Shown here one piece after another: positions 37,601 through 52,970 of a DNA stretch of 64,000 nucleotides. A program made the translations under genes and the position numbers. Where the stretch lies: the NCBI RefSeq assembly GCF_964355755.1, contig NC_092679.1:7036201-7100200 (forward strand), in the 5' to 3' direction. The notes under the pieces were generated by a model. It worked only from the letters and a program-made list of their open reading frames with translations, did no database searches and was not told the DNA's origin. Numbering within the stretch: the stretch's first letter is position 1; each line of letters begins with the position of its first letter. The stretch comes from Antedon mediterranea (taxonomy: Eukaryota > Animalia > Echinodermata).

Positions 37601-39539
37601 TTTATATTCCTCAACAAATTGCTGTAAATAAATATTATAGATAGAGCTAGCAAATAGCATTTGCCTTCACCCAGTGTGCTTTTTTCGGGGCTGCTCCTAG
37701 ATATACGTTCGCATTGAACTTGAACGCAAAACAAAATACGGAGTAAATGATCAAACAATCGGCGGTTCCGCACAGAGCACGCGCATCTAACATACGGAAA
37801 CAAATAGTTATCGTCATTTAAATTATCAACGTGTTTGAGGAGGAGGAAAAAAGTACGATCTTTTTGCTCATTGGTTATATAGCATGCTGCACGAGAGTGT
37901 CTTTTCCGGCCATCTAGGGGCGTCATTTAACAAAATTCGCTTCGCATCAGGTCCCACCCCCAGGGGGAGGGGGGTTGACCCAAATATTTAGTGTCTTGAC
38001 AGATTCTGGCTACGGCCCTGCGTATAGTTAGTTGAGCAGTACCAATCTTATTCGCAGCTTGTTCTGCTCCAGTAGAGAAGAACCACGTGATTACTATTGT
38101 ATAATAACAATAACAAGTTCAGTAGAAACATATATTGATATCCAATATGGTGTAACGATTTGTAGGGATTATAGCATTATGAATTGTCGTTTGGTTTGAT
38201 ATGGTCTTGATCTTATAGGCCTCCCACTCCATGATGCTTCGTTGTTAGGCAACATTAGTTTTTTGTAAAGTTAAAATGTAAGCATAGTTTTCAGAAAGAG
38301 ATGACAACTGAGATACACGAAAAATGCATCGCACAGCGCATTTTCACGTCCCGAACATTATCGAATGCATTGGAAACTAATGCCTCTATGTTTTAATACA
38401 ATAAATAGGCTTAGCATCTTTGAAACTTAGTAGGCCTATAGACATCATGAAATTCCAGTAAGAACTCAAACTTTCCATCAACCAAGGAGTGACTATAAAT
38501 TAATTTTACAAACTTCAGACCGTTTGTTAACAAAAGAAATGCAAATTGATTTTAGGAAAATTAAAGAACCCTTAGAACCTCTGATTATAAATTAAAATGA
38601 GATTGAAGTAGTAAATGAGTACAAATATCTGGGTTGTATAATTGACAATAAGCTAAATTGGATAAATAATGTAAATAAAGCCACATGCAAAGCCAACCAA
38701 AGGATGTTTATTTTAAGAAAAATGAAGTATCTACAAATTGAAAAAACTATACTTAAATTGTTTTATAACTCTGTAATTCTCAGTGTAATACTTTTTTGTA
38801 ATGTTTGTTTTTATGGTAATACAATGCAAAAAGATAAAATTAAACTTAATCGAATAGGAAATAGAGCAGTTAGACTAGTAGGAGAGCACTTACCTGATGT
38901 TGAATCCTTGTATAAAGAAAATGTGTTAAAAAAAGTAAAAAGTATCATTGATGATGAAACACATCCTCTTCACAAACAATTTGCTCTCATGAATTCTGGC
39001 ATAAGACTACGTGCACTTAATACCAAAACAAAACGGTTTAGGTGCTCGTTTGTACCTAATGCTATACACTTATATAACTCCAGAGTACAAAGGTAAAATG
39101 TAACCGATAATTTTTATCTAATTTTAACAATTTTTAGCCTCTTAACTTTTTGTGTGTTTTTTTGTAAATTGTATTTTATATTTTTGTATTTTGCCAGTTT
39201 TCAAATCACATTTCTGTTTTTTAAATGGACAATAAAGTATATATGACTATGACTATGAGTTACAGTTCGAATAGAAATAATAATTTAGGAAATAATGAAT
39301 CGATAATGTCGTTTAGGGTTTAGTTACCCGGGCAAGATGGAATTCATATACCCAAAGTTAGCGATACTTGCGTGTAAACATCAGTTCGCCAACATGTTCA
39401 ACAAAAAGGCTAACATCAAAAGATCTTAATTACTTTGAAGAGTCAGAGGCGAAACAATACGACGGTAAACTAGGCCTATACCTAAAAAATATAGATTTAA
39501 CATAGTATACGTATTACTAACCTTTGGTATTACTTCCAT
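34604..39539 (-). CDS. Uncharacterised ~350-aa protein, 3 coding exons
   Basis: Exon 1 MEVIPK|GT (39539-39522), large exon ~35936-35096 (NSVIGNDEVKNLRMSDQLP...RRQLKK) and last exon ~34804-34604 (AELYNRARAALMV...SSNEDDT*). All junctions are phase 0 with GT-AG. No family recognised. Confidence 0.75.
36084..36123. mobile_element. Tiny hairpin element (hAT-like mini-MITE)
   Basis: CAGGAAGATGTAAAATAAT-T-ATTATTTTACATCTCCCTG near-perfect palindrome, flanked by GTGTGAG(C) direct repeats. Confidence 0.6.
36508..36857. repeat. Nested inverted repeat / perfect palindrome
   Basis: 80-bp arm at 36508-36587 inverted at 36720-36799, a perfect 62-bp palindrome at 36661-36722, and three direct copies of GGTAAACTTTTCGGACGCCT. 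Confidence 0.9.
36988..38020. mobile_element. 1-kb non-autonomous DNA transposon with 5-bp TSD (hAT5-like)
   Basis: TIR CAGGCCCGTAGCCAG / CTGGCTACGGCCCTG, flanked by CGTAT on both sides. Confidence 0.8.
38527..39258 (+). mobile_element. 5'-truncated non-LTR retrotransposon, Rex1/Babar-like 3' end
   Basis: TKEMQIDFRK..EYKYLGCIIDNKLNW..QRMFILRKM..DETHPLH..SGIRLR..KTKRFRCSFVPNAI, followed by AATAAA and a (TATGAC)n tail. Confidence 0.85.
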
Positions 39540-39802
39540 TTTGATCTGTGGTTGTTAAGTGTCTTGAGAAAAACAAAATGAGTCAATTATCGCCGAATTT
39601 CGATTTCATCTTGATCGGTGAGGAGGAGGTGTGTCTCAGTTATTGAGTTTATTGATCAAAAATGAGTTACTGGGTAAAACAAATACTATTGAGTTATTAA
39701 ATTACATCACAATTGTAGGAACCATTCATTATAAATTGAATTATATAATTACCGGTGCCTCAGCCGATAAATGCATCGCGTGAAATTAGATCGTCGTATT
39801 GT

Positions 39803-39956
39803 ATTGGCGGTGGCCATGGTGACACGACGTTAATACGAAAAGGTTTGAGAGAGGAGAGGAGTTTGACAGAAGTCAAGTACCGGATAATTAAGTTGATGAT
39901 AAAAGTGATGATCACCGTGAATGTATCGTAGGCCTATTGGCGGTAGCCATGGTGAC
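39803..39956. promoter_or_regulatory. Duplicated CCAAT + RFX X-box module upstream of the uncharacterised gene
   Basis: ATTGGCG-GTGGCCATGGTGAC (X-box 39810-39823) and ATTGGCG-GTAGCCATGGTGAC (39943-39956). Confidence 0.55.
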
Positions 39957-39967
39957 GAGACCGAAAA

Positions 39968-40163
39968 TCTAGTTTCCACTAGAACGCAACGCAGCGACGT
40001 ATTGACGTAAAGTGCTGTATTGCAAGTGGGAACCGACGACGCACAGTGCTGCAACCATCACCGGTTTGATTTCACGCAGGCGGGGGAAAACAGTTATTGG
40101 AAGGGCATTTGCTTACGTTGCGTAAGTTACGTTACGTTGCGTCGCTAGTGGAAACGCAAGCCT
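39968..40163. mobile_element. MITE with GTTTCCACTAG(C)GACGCAACG-type TIR
   Basis: GTTTCCACTAGAACGCAACG...CGTTGCGTCGCTAGTGGAAAC. Related copies lie at about 45745-45918 and 32677-32735. Confidence 0.7.
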
Positions 40164-41407
40164 AAGAGACAATGATACTGTTTGAGAGAAGAGGAGGAAA
40201 CAAAATGACAAATGACGATGAACTATCAGTCTTAATGATGGAGAAAATAATATTTAACTTTATCCTTTGCTATAAAATGATACTGATATTTCCTTCTGTT
40301 CCCACCGAAAAATGCAGATTAAACCAGAATAAAGATTTTCTTTTGACCAGAATTTAATTGTTGTTGGTTTGCCAAATGTTTTAGACATTGCCTGCGTAAT
40401 TGTAGGCTTACTTCAGTAGTATAGCGTTAATTATCCCCCTCATGAAATACATACACAACAAGTGTTATTTAAGCACCCTTTCATAGAATGGTCGGGGCTT
40501 TTCAATTTTCCGAAAAGGTGTAACCAGGCATAAAATGGAATTCAGATTTACTATTGATCAATCTAACAATAAGACCATCACAATGTGAAACCAGTTTTAC
40601 CTCACGTGAACAAGGACAAATAATATAAACGGGGTTTAGAAAGCAAAGTGATCGATAACATTTTCAACAAGCAGATACCATAGCTGTCATCTTTGGAAAC
40701 AACGTTACAGGGCCTACTGTTTGCACAATTCAATCAATATACTCACGTGATTTTTATTGATCTCCAAATTGGACTCCGTGTAAGTACAGGGTTAACCTTA
40801 TTATAGTATATTGTCTTATTTGTGTCACTATATCAAAGCATTATACATTATTGAGATTATGTCAAAAGTAGGCATATAACGGGTAAGTAATGGCGTAGAT
40901 GTTTTGGTTGAGGATCCAGAAGAGGGTCGTACTAATTAGTAGGCCTAACCTAAATACTAACTCGGATTTGATGACAGGTCTCCAGCGTGACACTGGTTAC
41001 ATTCACTTTTGAAGGAATAATCACATGTGAAAATGAAGCGCACCATTTTCGCCACTGAGTTGTAGTTTTATATATTTAATCACATGTGATTCTACTAACC
41101 AGAGTATAACTAGTCGATCGATCCGTAACTGTTACTTATATTATATATATACTGGTATTATCTTTATGTAATAAAGTTCTACATTCAAAAATTTCTTTTC
41201 ACTTTTGTTACTATTCTTAGGTAAGCTGCGATAAGAGCCCTCGATTACAATTGACCTTCAACCGTGCACGCATATGGACTATTATTATATTCATAATAAC
41301 TTCACGGTCTCCAGGTATTACGACAGGAAGTTTTAAAATTGTTTCTAATTCTTGTTTGTCTGAATAAGCTTTTAGACTTTACAAGGGATAACATATTCAA
41401 AGTGACA

Positions 41408-42520
41408 ATGGTAGCACAGCCTGAGAAGGCACGTTCGTCATTTAGACGATTGTCACTAAAAGGCTTGCAAAAGAATTCATCGTATTCTGTTTTGGATGAT
41501 GCATCTAGGCTTCGCTCGGATACTGTAAGTTCCGCCGATGATGATAAGTCTGAAAAAAGTCCGGGTGTAGAATTGGTGATGACGAAAGACACGCAGAAAG
41601 TTATGGAACCGGAAGAACAGAAAATCAGAAAGCATAAACGAAAGTTTAGTTTATTAAAAGGTAAAAAAGATGCCGATGCCGAATATTTGGTTGTTGAAGA
41701 TAATAATGACATCAATTTAGAAGACGGTAAACCAGACAAGAAGAAGCACAAGATGAAATTTAATATATTGAAGAATAAAAAGAAACGAACGCACGATTCA
41801 AGTTTAGTAATTGAAAATAATAAACATATGAATACAAATATGGAAAACAAAGAAAACAAGAAGAAAAAGAACAAGTATGAGAAAAACTGTTCCTTAACAA
41901 AAGAAGAGAAACGAAAAAAGAAAAAGAAAAAATCAAAGAGGATAAAAAAGGTAAGATATGTTGATTGTTTTTATGAAATTTCTATAAAATGCTCAACATG
42001 TGCAATAAAATTTATCGTAATTAGATGAATTCAGTGTATATATCGGGGTATATATATATGCAAAATACATGAATTAAACTATTAAAATATCTTGTGAAAA
42101 GTTTCATCTGGAATCAAGGGTGGGTGGGTGGGGGGAAGCTTAAGAATAAAACAGTAATTGACGAATTTAATGTAATATATATCAAAAAGAATCTTTAATA
42201 AATAACTGTATTTCACACCTTGTGCCAGTATACGAACTTGTACATGTACAACTGTAGCCTGTAGCAGTGTGTGTGTGTAGATATACCGTTCCATGGCTTG
42301 TGGCCAAGTGCAACTTGCTTCGGATTTTACTTTTCTTACTTTTTTACTTTTTTTCCCCTTTCATTTACAGGCTGGTCGTCGCGCTGCAAAGGCACTCGGT
42401 AACGGGTTTATACATCTAGGTACAGCATTCAGGTACATGTCACCTATTGCAGCAATGTCCGACATGAGTCCCAACTATTATGAATCAAACTATAATGGAC
42501 AAAACACAAGTTACTTATAG
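41408..42520 (+). CDS. Uncharacterised Lys-rich protein (~230 aa), 2 coding exons
   Basis: Open exon 41408-41950 ending KRIKK|GTAAGA, spliced in frame to 42371-42520 (AGRRAAKALGNGFIHLGTAFRYMSP...SYL*) after a strong pyrimidine tract. Confidence 0.75.
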
Positions 42521-45085
42521 ACATTGTGACGCGTCTAAAATGACGTGTAATAACATGGCGTTTCAATGAAACATGTCATTTATTACTGACGTCAATGGAA
42601 CTTATGCGCAATCAAACCAACCGTTATAATAACGTACATTTATTAATATACGCAGCGTTTATGGTTTCACACCGTAAATAACAGAACACTAACTGGGTGT
42701 GTACTTGAATATTGTATTTTAAACTTTCACTTACTTCTCGTGAACCAGTAGCCTTTGTGCATGACGATTTCGACAATGAAGGTCTTTATCTGATCTGAGT
42801 AGGGCCTACGTGGATATTGGGGCAAAGTTTTATATTAAAGAATGCATGATTGTACAAAATCGCAAAATTCGATGAATTTTGAAATCTATTATATATATCG
42901 AATACTCAGATTAAGCTATGATGCGTTACGATGCGTTACGACCAGTGTGCAAGTTCAATCAAACAATTTATCTTTTTTTTACTGTTGTGACGCATGTCTG
43001 TGAACAAAACGAATTTTATCGCTTAATTTTAATCTCCATTCATAATAATAGTATAATTTTTGGTTATTTTTGACAACGAATGGACATTTTTTAATACACT
43101 CTAATTCAATGACGTGTGTGTTAATAGCCGAATTTAATCATTTCAAGAATACAAGCATATTTTTTTGTGTAAACTATTTTATATGGATTGAACTATTGTT
43201 TACATTTGAACCCTCTCTTTATAATGCATAACAACCTCAACAATAAAATGTATTTGTTCAACACGGGAGGACATGTATAATTTTGGATTAACATGCTACA
43301 CTCGAACTAAGCCAACATCGTGTTGCATTCGTGATTGTTGCCGAGTTTATTTACAAGAATATTCCATTTATGAGACAATCAATATGATACGTGTACCACA
43401 TCAAACTTTGAATGAATTATATAACGTTAACTGAAGTCAATAATATTATGTATATACCGTATTGTTGATCAATATAATGCGTGTGTTTATAATAAAGAAA
43501 AAAGTATGTCCAATATCATAATGTAAATTCTAGTAACACTGCCACATGCATCACATGCTATAAGCCTTTAAACTTATCATGATTTAGAGCCACCTGTGAT
43601 ACATGTGACACTATACATAAGTTAAGAGGTTTTTGTGAAAAAATTAACAAGCCGTTTCGTATGGTGTAAATAAGTATCTACGTGCCTGTGTCAGTTAAAC
43701 CCATCGGCACAACCCTATTCAGGGCTAACTCATTCAAGAGACACATAAGCGGACACTAAGTTGTCCGTTTAAAATGGATATGAAAGGATTTTAAAATTTA
43801 AAAAAAATTTCTGATCGATATACACGCTGAGCCAATAAAATGATATTGCTAGGAACACTTTCATATCAATTTTAAGGTGTTTAGGTTCTAATTGTATAGG
43901 CATATGTCCACCCGTGTCAACGACATATCGTTATATTTACTTTAAGTACGAAGTCTACCTTATTATCACAGAATTATAACCTTTGATGGCAATCGGGTAG
44001 GCCTACTGTACACCTGTCGATAACGAAAGAAATTCGACAATTAAGATCAATCGAACTTAAGCCACGAAGCCGATAAATATAATATGCTAATAGCTTGTAC
44101 TTCAGTGAAATGTTAGGCAACCCAGTACAACGGTGTATATGAAATAAATCAATTTATTGATCTATCAGTAAACCCAACAACTAAGTTGAAACATGATGTA
44201 TAAATTAAACATCCATGGTTAAAAATACAATAAATGGAGATTGAATCTACTATGCATGTTTGAATCTCACCATAGGGATATAGTATAAAAGGTATAATTA
44301 TACATTATATCTGAGATGAGGTCTGATGATTTATAAAGCGTAGACAATCCCAGGTGGCGTACTCAAATGTATTGAAATTAACTTCTAACGTAAGGTTGTG
44401 TCGAGGGGACACTTAGCAACGCTCCATGACCAAATATAGAGAACAGGTGGGTTGTTGTGTTGATTATCGTTCGGTTCAATCGCTATGTATATTTGAATAT
44501 TGTATTTTTTTTAGCATTTGTGACTTAAACTATCTCTTGGTCATTGTTTTACATAATATGGATAAATATATATATATATATAAATTTGCATATACCTGCA
44601 GGTTGCGCACTCTGCGGTATAAGTATCAAACCTTTGTTTTCGTGCTAACGATATTTATGTTGGTCGTCAAAGATGAAACCTTTCCTAATTTCTCTCGGTT
44701 AATTTGTTTAATTGTCGCTGTGCATAGCCTATCAGTGCTAATATACTATTGTGTACTGTTATTGACTTTATTTGATACCGGTAGGCCTACATGGTGTTTT
44801 ATGCGGATACAACAAGAGTGTATACTAACAACACATTTCAAATACATCTTAGTATTTCATAATAAAAATACTGTACATTAAATGTTAAATTAATGTGCAT
44901 ATCATGCTTACGATACCAGCAAAAAGGTCCATGGATGAATTACTATATAGGGGAATATTCGCTATACCACATCTTCACATTTGGATCAGACAAAGTCATA
45001 ACACTAACTTAATCTTTTGTCTTATCATCAATTAAACACGCAATGGGGTAATGTTGGAGATAATTTTACAGAACACTGACTACAG

Positions 45086-45616
45086 GGGTGGATTGCTATA
45101 AAACAGTCTTAACTGATGGTCTTAACTCCCCGATTAAAGCCGGCTTTATCAGATAGACGGTCTTATTAAAGCCACTCCTGATAGACCATTGCTATAAAAC
45201 AGTCTTAAATAAGACCACGTAAAGTAACAAGTTGAGGGCGTACTTTGCACGTAGAATACCAAATAAGGTAATGTTCGTCACGCTTGTTCAATTCACAAAT
45301 CATAACAGTACGTACATTTATACACGAGAAAATCTATTCTAGGCCTATATAAGATTAAAATCACCGTTATTATTTGATTTAACACTTAAAACTCGTTCAA
45401 TTGGTTATCTTTGACGATAAATAATACGTAAAAGCAACAAAAAGAGAGGTTTAAGACTGTTTTAAGACTCCTTCGAGTAGGCTTTAATTTTAAAGACCGT
45501 TTACAGGTTAGACCGCGTTATAGCAATGGTCTATAATATAAGACTACTTGCTATGTCACGAATTATAGCCGGCTAAGCGCTAAGACCGGTTATAGACCGC
45601 TTATAGCAATCCGCCC
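45086..45616. mobile_element. Harbinger-like MITE
   Basis: TIR GGGTGGATTGCTATAA / TTATAGCAATCCGCCC with CAG duplication and subterminal TAAGAC/GTCTTA repeats. Confidence 0.8.
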
Positions 45617-46923
45617 CAGGTGTGTAGGCCATTGTCATTTTAACAAATCTGTATTTAATTGCTATTTATCTTCCGGACATAATAACAGTCAGTAACCATA
45701 CAAAAAATAACATTTGGGTGAGAGCGTTTGTACGTTGTTATGATTGGTTCCCACTAGAGACGCAACACACGACGTAACGCATTGAATTGACCAATCACAA
45801 GCGATGCATTATTTGACCAATCACAAGCGATGGATTATTCGAAAATACGCTTATCATTGGTGAACTCGCTTGCGTTGCGTCTACGCATTTGCGTTGCGTC
45901 CTCAGTTGAAAATATGCTTATTAATACAATACACACATTGTTTTCTTATACAAATATGGTACACTGGAAAAGTTACAAACTACAGTTGAAAAATCGCCAT
46001 GGGGACGGGTATTTTTCCTAGTGAATAATAACAATGTAACATAAAACAAACTCTTATGTACAATATTTTATTCCGAAACAAATAACAAGTGCCGAGAAAA
46101 AATCGTAATATTTTAATAAAAATACATCGATTATTCTGACTAAAGAATGAAACTAAAACAGTTTCTAAAATTGTACAACCTTTATATCGACTATCTACAC
46201 TTTCCCCCATGATTAAATATAATACCCTTTTTAGACAATAATAACCTATACACAATTTGAATATACAGTATAGTATAAATCTCCTACATATTGCAAAAGA
46301 AACAATAAAGTAACAACGTAGTATAAAATAGCTCGAATTACATTATGTTATATAACGGAACACTCTCTCCTCCCCCTCCCCCCCCCCACCCCTGTACCAA
46401 CTAAATCCTCGTGTGAGTAGCTTTCAATTTGCGACAAACTAGTTGCATTATGTTAATTTATTGTCCACATGCATAGACGTCATTAATGATCAATTTTTTC
46501 GGATTCTAGATCCAGACGTTGGTGTAGGTTTTTTCTCAACATTATTGAATGAAAACATTCAACTAAACTAACTGGTATTTGGAATTTCTTTAATGCAACT
46601 TAATTTCTTAACCCATAAAATTATATAATAAAAATTGATATTTCTGTTGTTGCAATACATTACAGTTATTAGTATGACTGTATCACAAACATTAATGTTG
46701 TAACTATCTTCCATTACATTGCTTATATGCAAGGGAATCTTTCAATTATGTTCACCGCCAGGGATCTGGTTTGAGAACCATTACAATGAATGCCCATCGA
46801 TAATCCATGTTTTGTTTGTTTTATTCATTGTTAACAATTCCTTTTGCACATTTAACAAAAACTGGATTATACAATTTTTTTATTAATTGTAATATTTTTT
46901 ACACTAAAGTATATTTTTGATCA

Positions 46924-50155
<3,232 letters not shown>

Positions 50156-51074
50156 TTACCGACGTCCTAAACTCGTAATATGGTCAAATATCATAACCAC
50201 TATAAAACATATTTAATTTGTTGTCATCATTTTCGTTTCTTAAAAAAGTCTGCCACGTAATTTGGATTGAGTACGCAGGGTCAATGAGTTTGTAATTGGT
50301 AAGAAGAGTTGTATGTGAGATAGAGTGAGTCACCTAAATTTAATGCATTTTATAGAAATAAAACACAATAATATACCTCTATTATATACATTTCAATATA
50401 ATTATTTTAAAAAGTATTTTATATTTGAAAATTAAGGACAAATTAGTCGCAAAAACCTTAGTTATACTTAACAAACCTAAACCGACTCATTTTGATAACC
50501 ACTGTAATACGCTATTAAGTCGGATTTTGAACAATCACAAACGATGAACAATTACCAGGAGTTTACTTCCGGGTTGTTCTTTGGTAAACTATTTCTTGTC
50601 TCTGCCATCATCACTTGTGTGTTGTCTGAAGTAAAACAATTTTTAAATTGTCTCTAAACCCCTATTAAAAAACGTTCCTTTTTTCTACATATTGTTGTTA
50701 TACCAAGGTATGTATTTTTGTTAATGAAATTATGCTCTATGTAAATTTGATATTTGAAACGGGAAGCAACAGTTCCTAATCATAACTTGTGGTTGCTAGG
50801 CCAGATGACATTCTTTTTCGCGAGAATATTAATGCCTGTGTGCCTTGTTTATTCCGTGGAAATGTTACGTCACAACAAGACATTTGGCCTAGCCAGATTT
50901 TTTACTGGAAAACTTGTTTTTAAACTATTTTTATTATTAATAGGACTATATATATATATATATACACAAATCAGGCAAAGAACAGTAATTCTAAACCACC
51001 CGGTGATATACTGAAATTTAATTAATTAATTTGAAACGATAAAGATGAGGAAATCTGTGAGAATGAGAAAAAGT

Positions 51075-51146
51075 CGCCCCAATCGAGACTCGAAATCGGA
51101 CCGTCTGCTTGATATGCAGTTGTCCTAACCATTAGACCACTGGGGC
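51075..51146 (-). pseudogene. tRNA-Asp(AUC)-like sequence, degraded copy
   Basis: Same as the second copy, with mismatches in the anticodon and T stems. Confidence 0.6.
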
Positions 51147-51401
51147 TTTCATGGTATTGTTCAAACTCGATTGGATAGCGACTCTTTAACATTGTCGGCG
51201 TGGTACGGCGGAACAGCACTAGGCTAGTCCTCAATTGTACGCACGCGCAACAGAGATCAAAATGATACGCCCTCATCTATATATATACCCACAGCATTGT
51301 CATTTTTTTCAGTAATTTGCCTTTGGATTTATATATATACATATATAATTAATTAATTTTATACGATAAAGATGAGGAAATCTGTGAGAATGAGAAAAAG
51401 T

Positions 51402-51473
51402 CGCCCCAACCAAGACTCGAACTCGGACCGCCTGCTTGATATGCAGATGTCCTAACCATTAGACCACTGGGGC
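51402..51473 (-). tRNA. tRNA-Asp(AUC)-like cloverleaf (repeat-borne, function doubtful)
   Basis: GCCCCAG TG GTCT AATGGTTA GGAC A TCTGC ATATCAA GCAGG CGGT CCGAG TTCGAGT CTTGG TTGGGGC G, followed by TTTTT. Confidence 0.5.
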
Positions 51474-51857
51474 TTTCATGGTATTGTTCGAACTCGATTG
51501 GATAGCGACTCTTTAACATTCTCGGCGAGGTACGGTGGAACAGCACTAGTCCTCAGTTGTACGCACGCGCAACAGAGATCAAATTGATACGCCCTCATCT
51601 TTCAGTATTTTTATTCAAGAGGCGGGATCTCCGAAATAATAACCTGTCTGTCTAAAAAAAGATTGTCTTTTTATTACAATTAATCATTTAATTTAAATAA
51701 TTTAATTATCAAAAATAACCTAGGCCCCTACTTGTTTTGTTTTATTATGCTGAATTGGTAATAAATTTATTATATCAATAATGTAGCTAGTTTAGTTGCA
51801 TTTTAGATAAGGCTATCAGCATGGTTAACTACAGTATGCATGTAATTAAAAATTGTC

Positions 51858-51915
51858 TATATAGGCCTAGGCCTATATAGGCCTAGGCCTATATAGGCCT
51901 AGGCCTATATAGGCC
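51858..51915. repeat. Palindromic 16-bp tandem (TATATAGGCCTAGGCC)n
   Basis: About 3.5 copies, self-complementary. Confidence 0.9.
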
Positions 51916-52789
51916 GGCATTGTCAAGCATTCGTGTAGTTGAGTTTCTATCGGCCCACCCAGACCATCGACTTCCATCCATGGTCCAACTGTCAAAACAT
52001 ATATTTTTATTTTAGTGCATGTATTACAGTTCAGATATGTGTCTAATAATATTAATAAATAATAATTATCAAGTGAAATCCTTATTTAAAATGTTAATTG
52101 TATTCCTTTATGAAAAACAAGTATGGTGGGCATTGGCAAAAAAATAAATAAATATTCTGTCCTTTAATGTAAAGTAAGGTATAACATTGTGAATCCTCAA
52201 AAACGGAAGAAATATTTGAGATAATGAAACCTTAGAAACATTTTTATCCTAACTTCCTTTCACACTGTGTGCTGCAAACTTTAACTACTACTGCATTTAA
52301 TTTATTGTAATAATATTTGTTACGTAGTTTTCGTTTATTAAATTGTTATAATTTAGCATGAAAAGTTGAAATGCATCATGTTTATGTTAACTTTTTTGTT
52401 TGTTTTGTGTTCCTTTTTTTAATCGTTGCTTGCACGATTGCTGTTTTGCATGAAGAACCTGCATCTTACAAAATTCTACTGAGCATGTGCAAAACCTGTA
52501 CACAGAAATGAGGTATAGTTGTATTCTTTTTTCTTTAAATTCACTAATAGTATAATTTTTTTATTTCAACCCTAAGTAGTAGTCTCTTGACACGCCTTAA
52601 AATTTAAAAGTAAAATGAAATGTGATCTTTTTAAGTGAAAACATATTTCTTAACACATTTGTTGTTTATTTTTACTGTCATGTTTTTATAATTTTTTCTG
52701 TCATGTTTTTATAATTTTTTCATTATTAACTTTTTTTTATTAATTGAAAGAATAAAATGTTTTTTTGAATTGACACCATTATTTAATTT

Positions 52790-52970
52790 TAACTGGCCCT
52801 GCTGCCTAGCAACGCTGCTTGGAAATGCTGCCTGACCCTTCTGCCTGGCCATGCTGCCTGGCCACGCTGCCTGACCATGCTGCCTGACCACGCTGCCTGG
52901 CCCTGCTGCCTGACCACGCTGCCTGGCCACGCTGCCTGGCCCTACTGCCTGACCACTCTGTCTGGCCACT
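52790..52970. repeat. 13-bp GC-rich minisatellite
   Basis: Unit GCTGCCTG(G/A)CC(A/C)(C/T), about 13 degenerate copies. Confidence 0.85.

Larger units (their letters stand above)
51018..51600. repeat. Two ~260-bp direct repeats embedded in (TA)n tracts
   Basis: 51018-51278 and 51347-51600 are near-identical. TA runs lie at about 50948, 51278 and 51329. Confidence 0.9.

Noticed and set aside
41302-41874. 190-aa minus-strand ORF
   Set aside because: Antisense shadow of the Lys-rich exon.
44426-44881. 151-aa hydrophobic ORF
   Set aside because: AT-rich composition crossing a TA microsatellite, with no splice or homology support.
51022-51546. Two similar short ORFs as a duplicated peptide gene
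   Set aside because: They are translations of the tRNA-like direct repeats.
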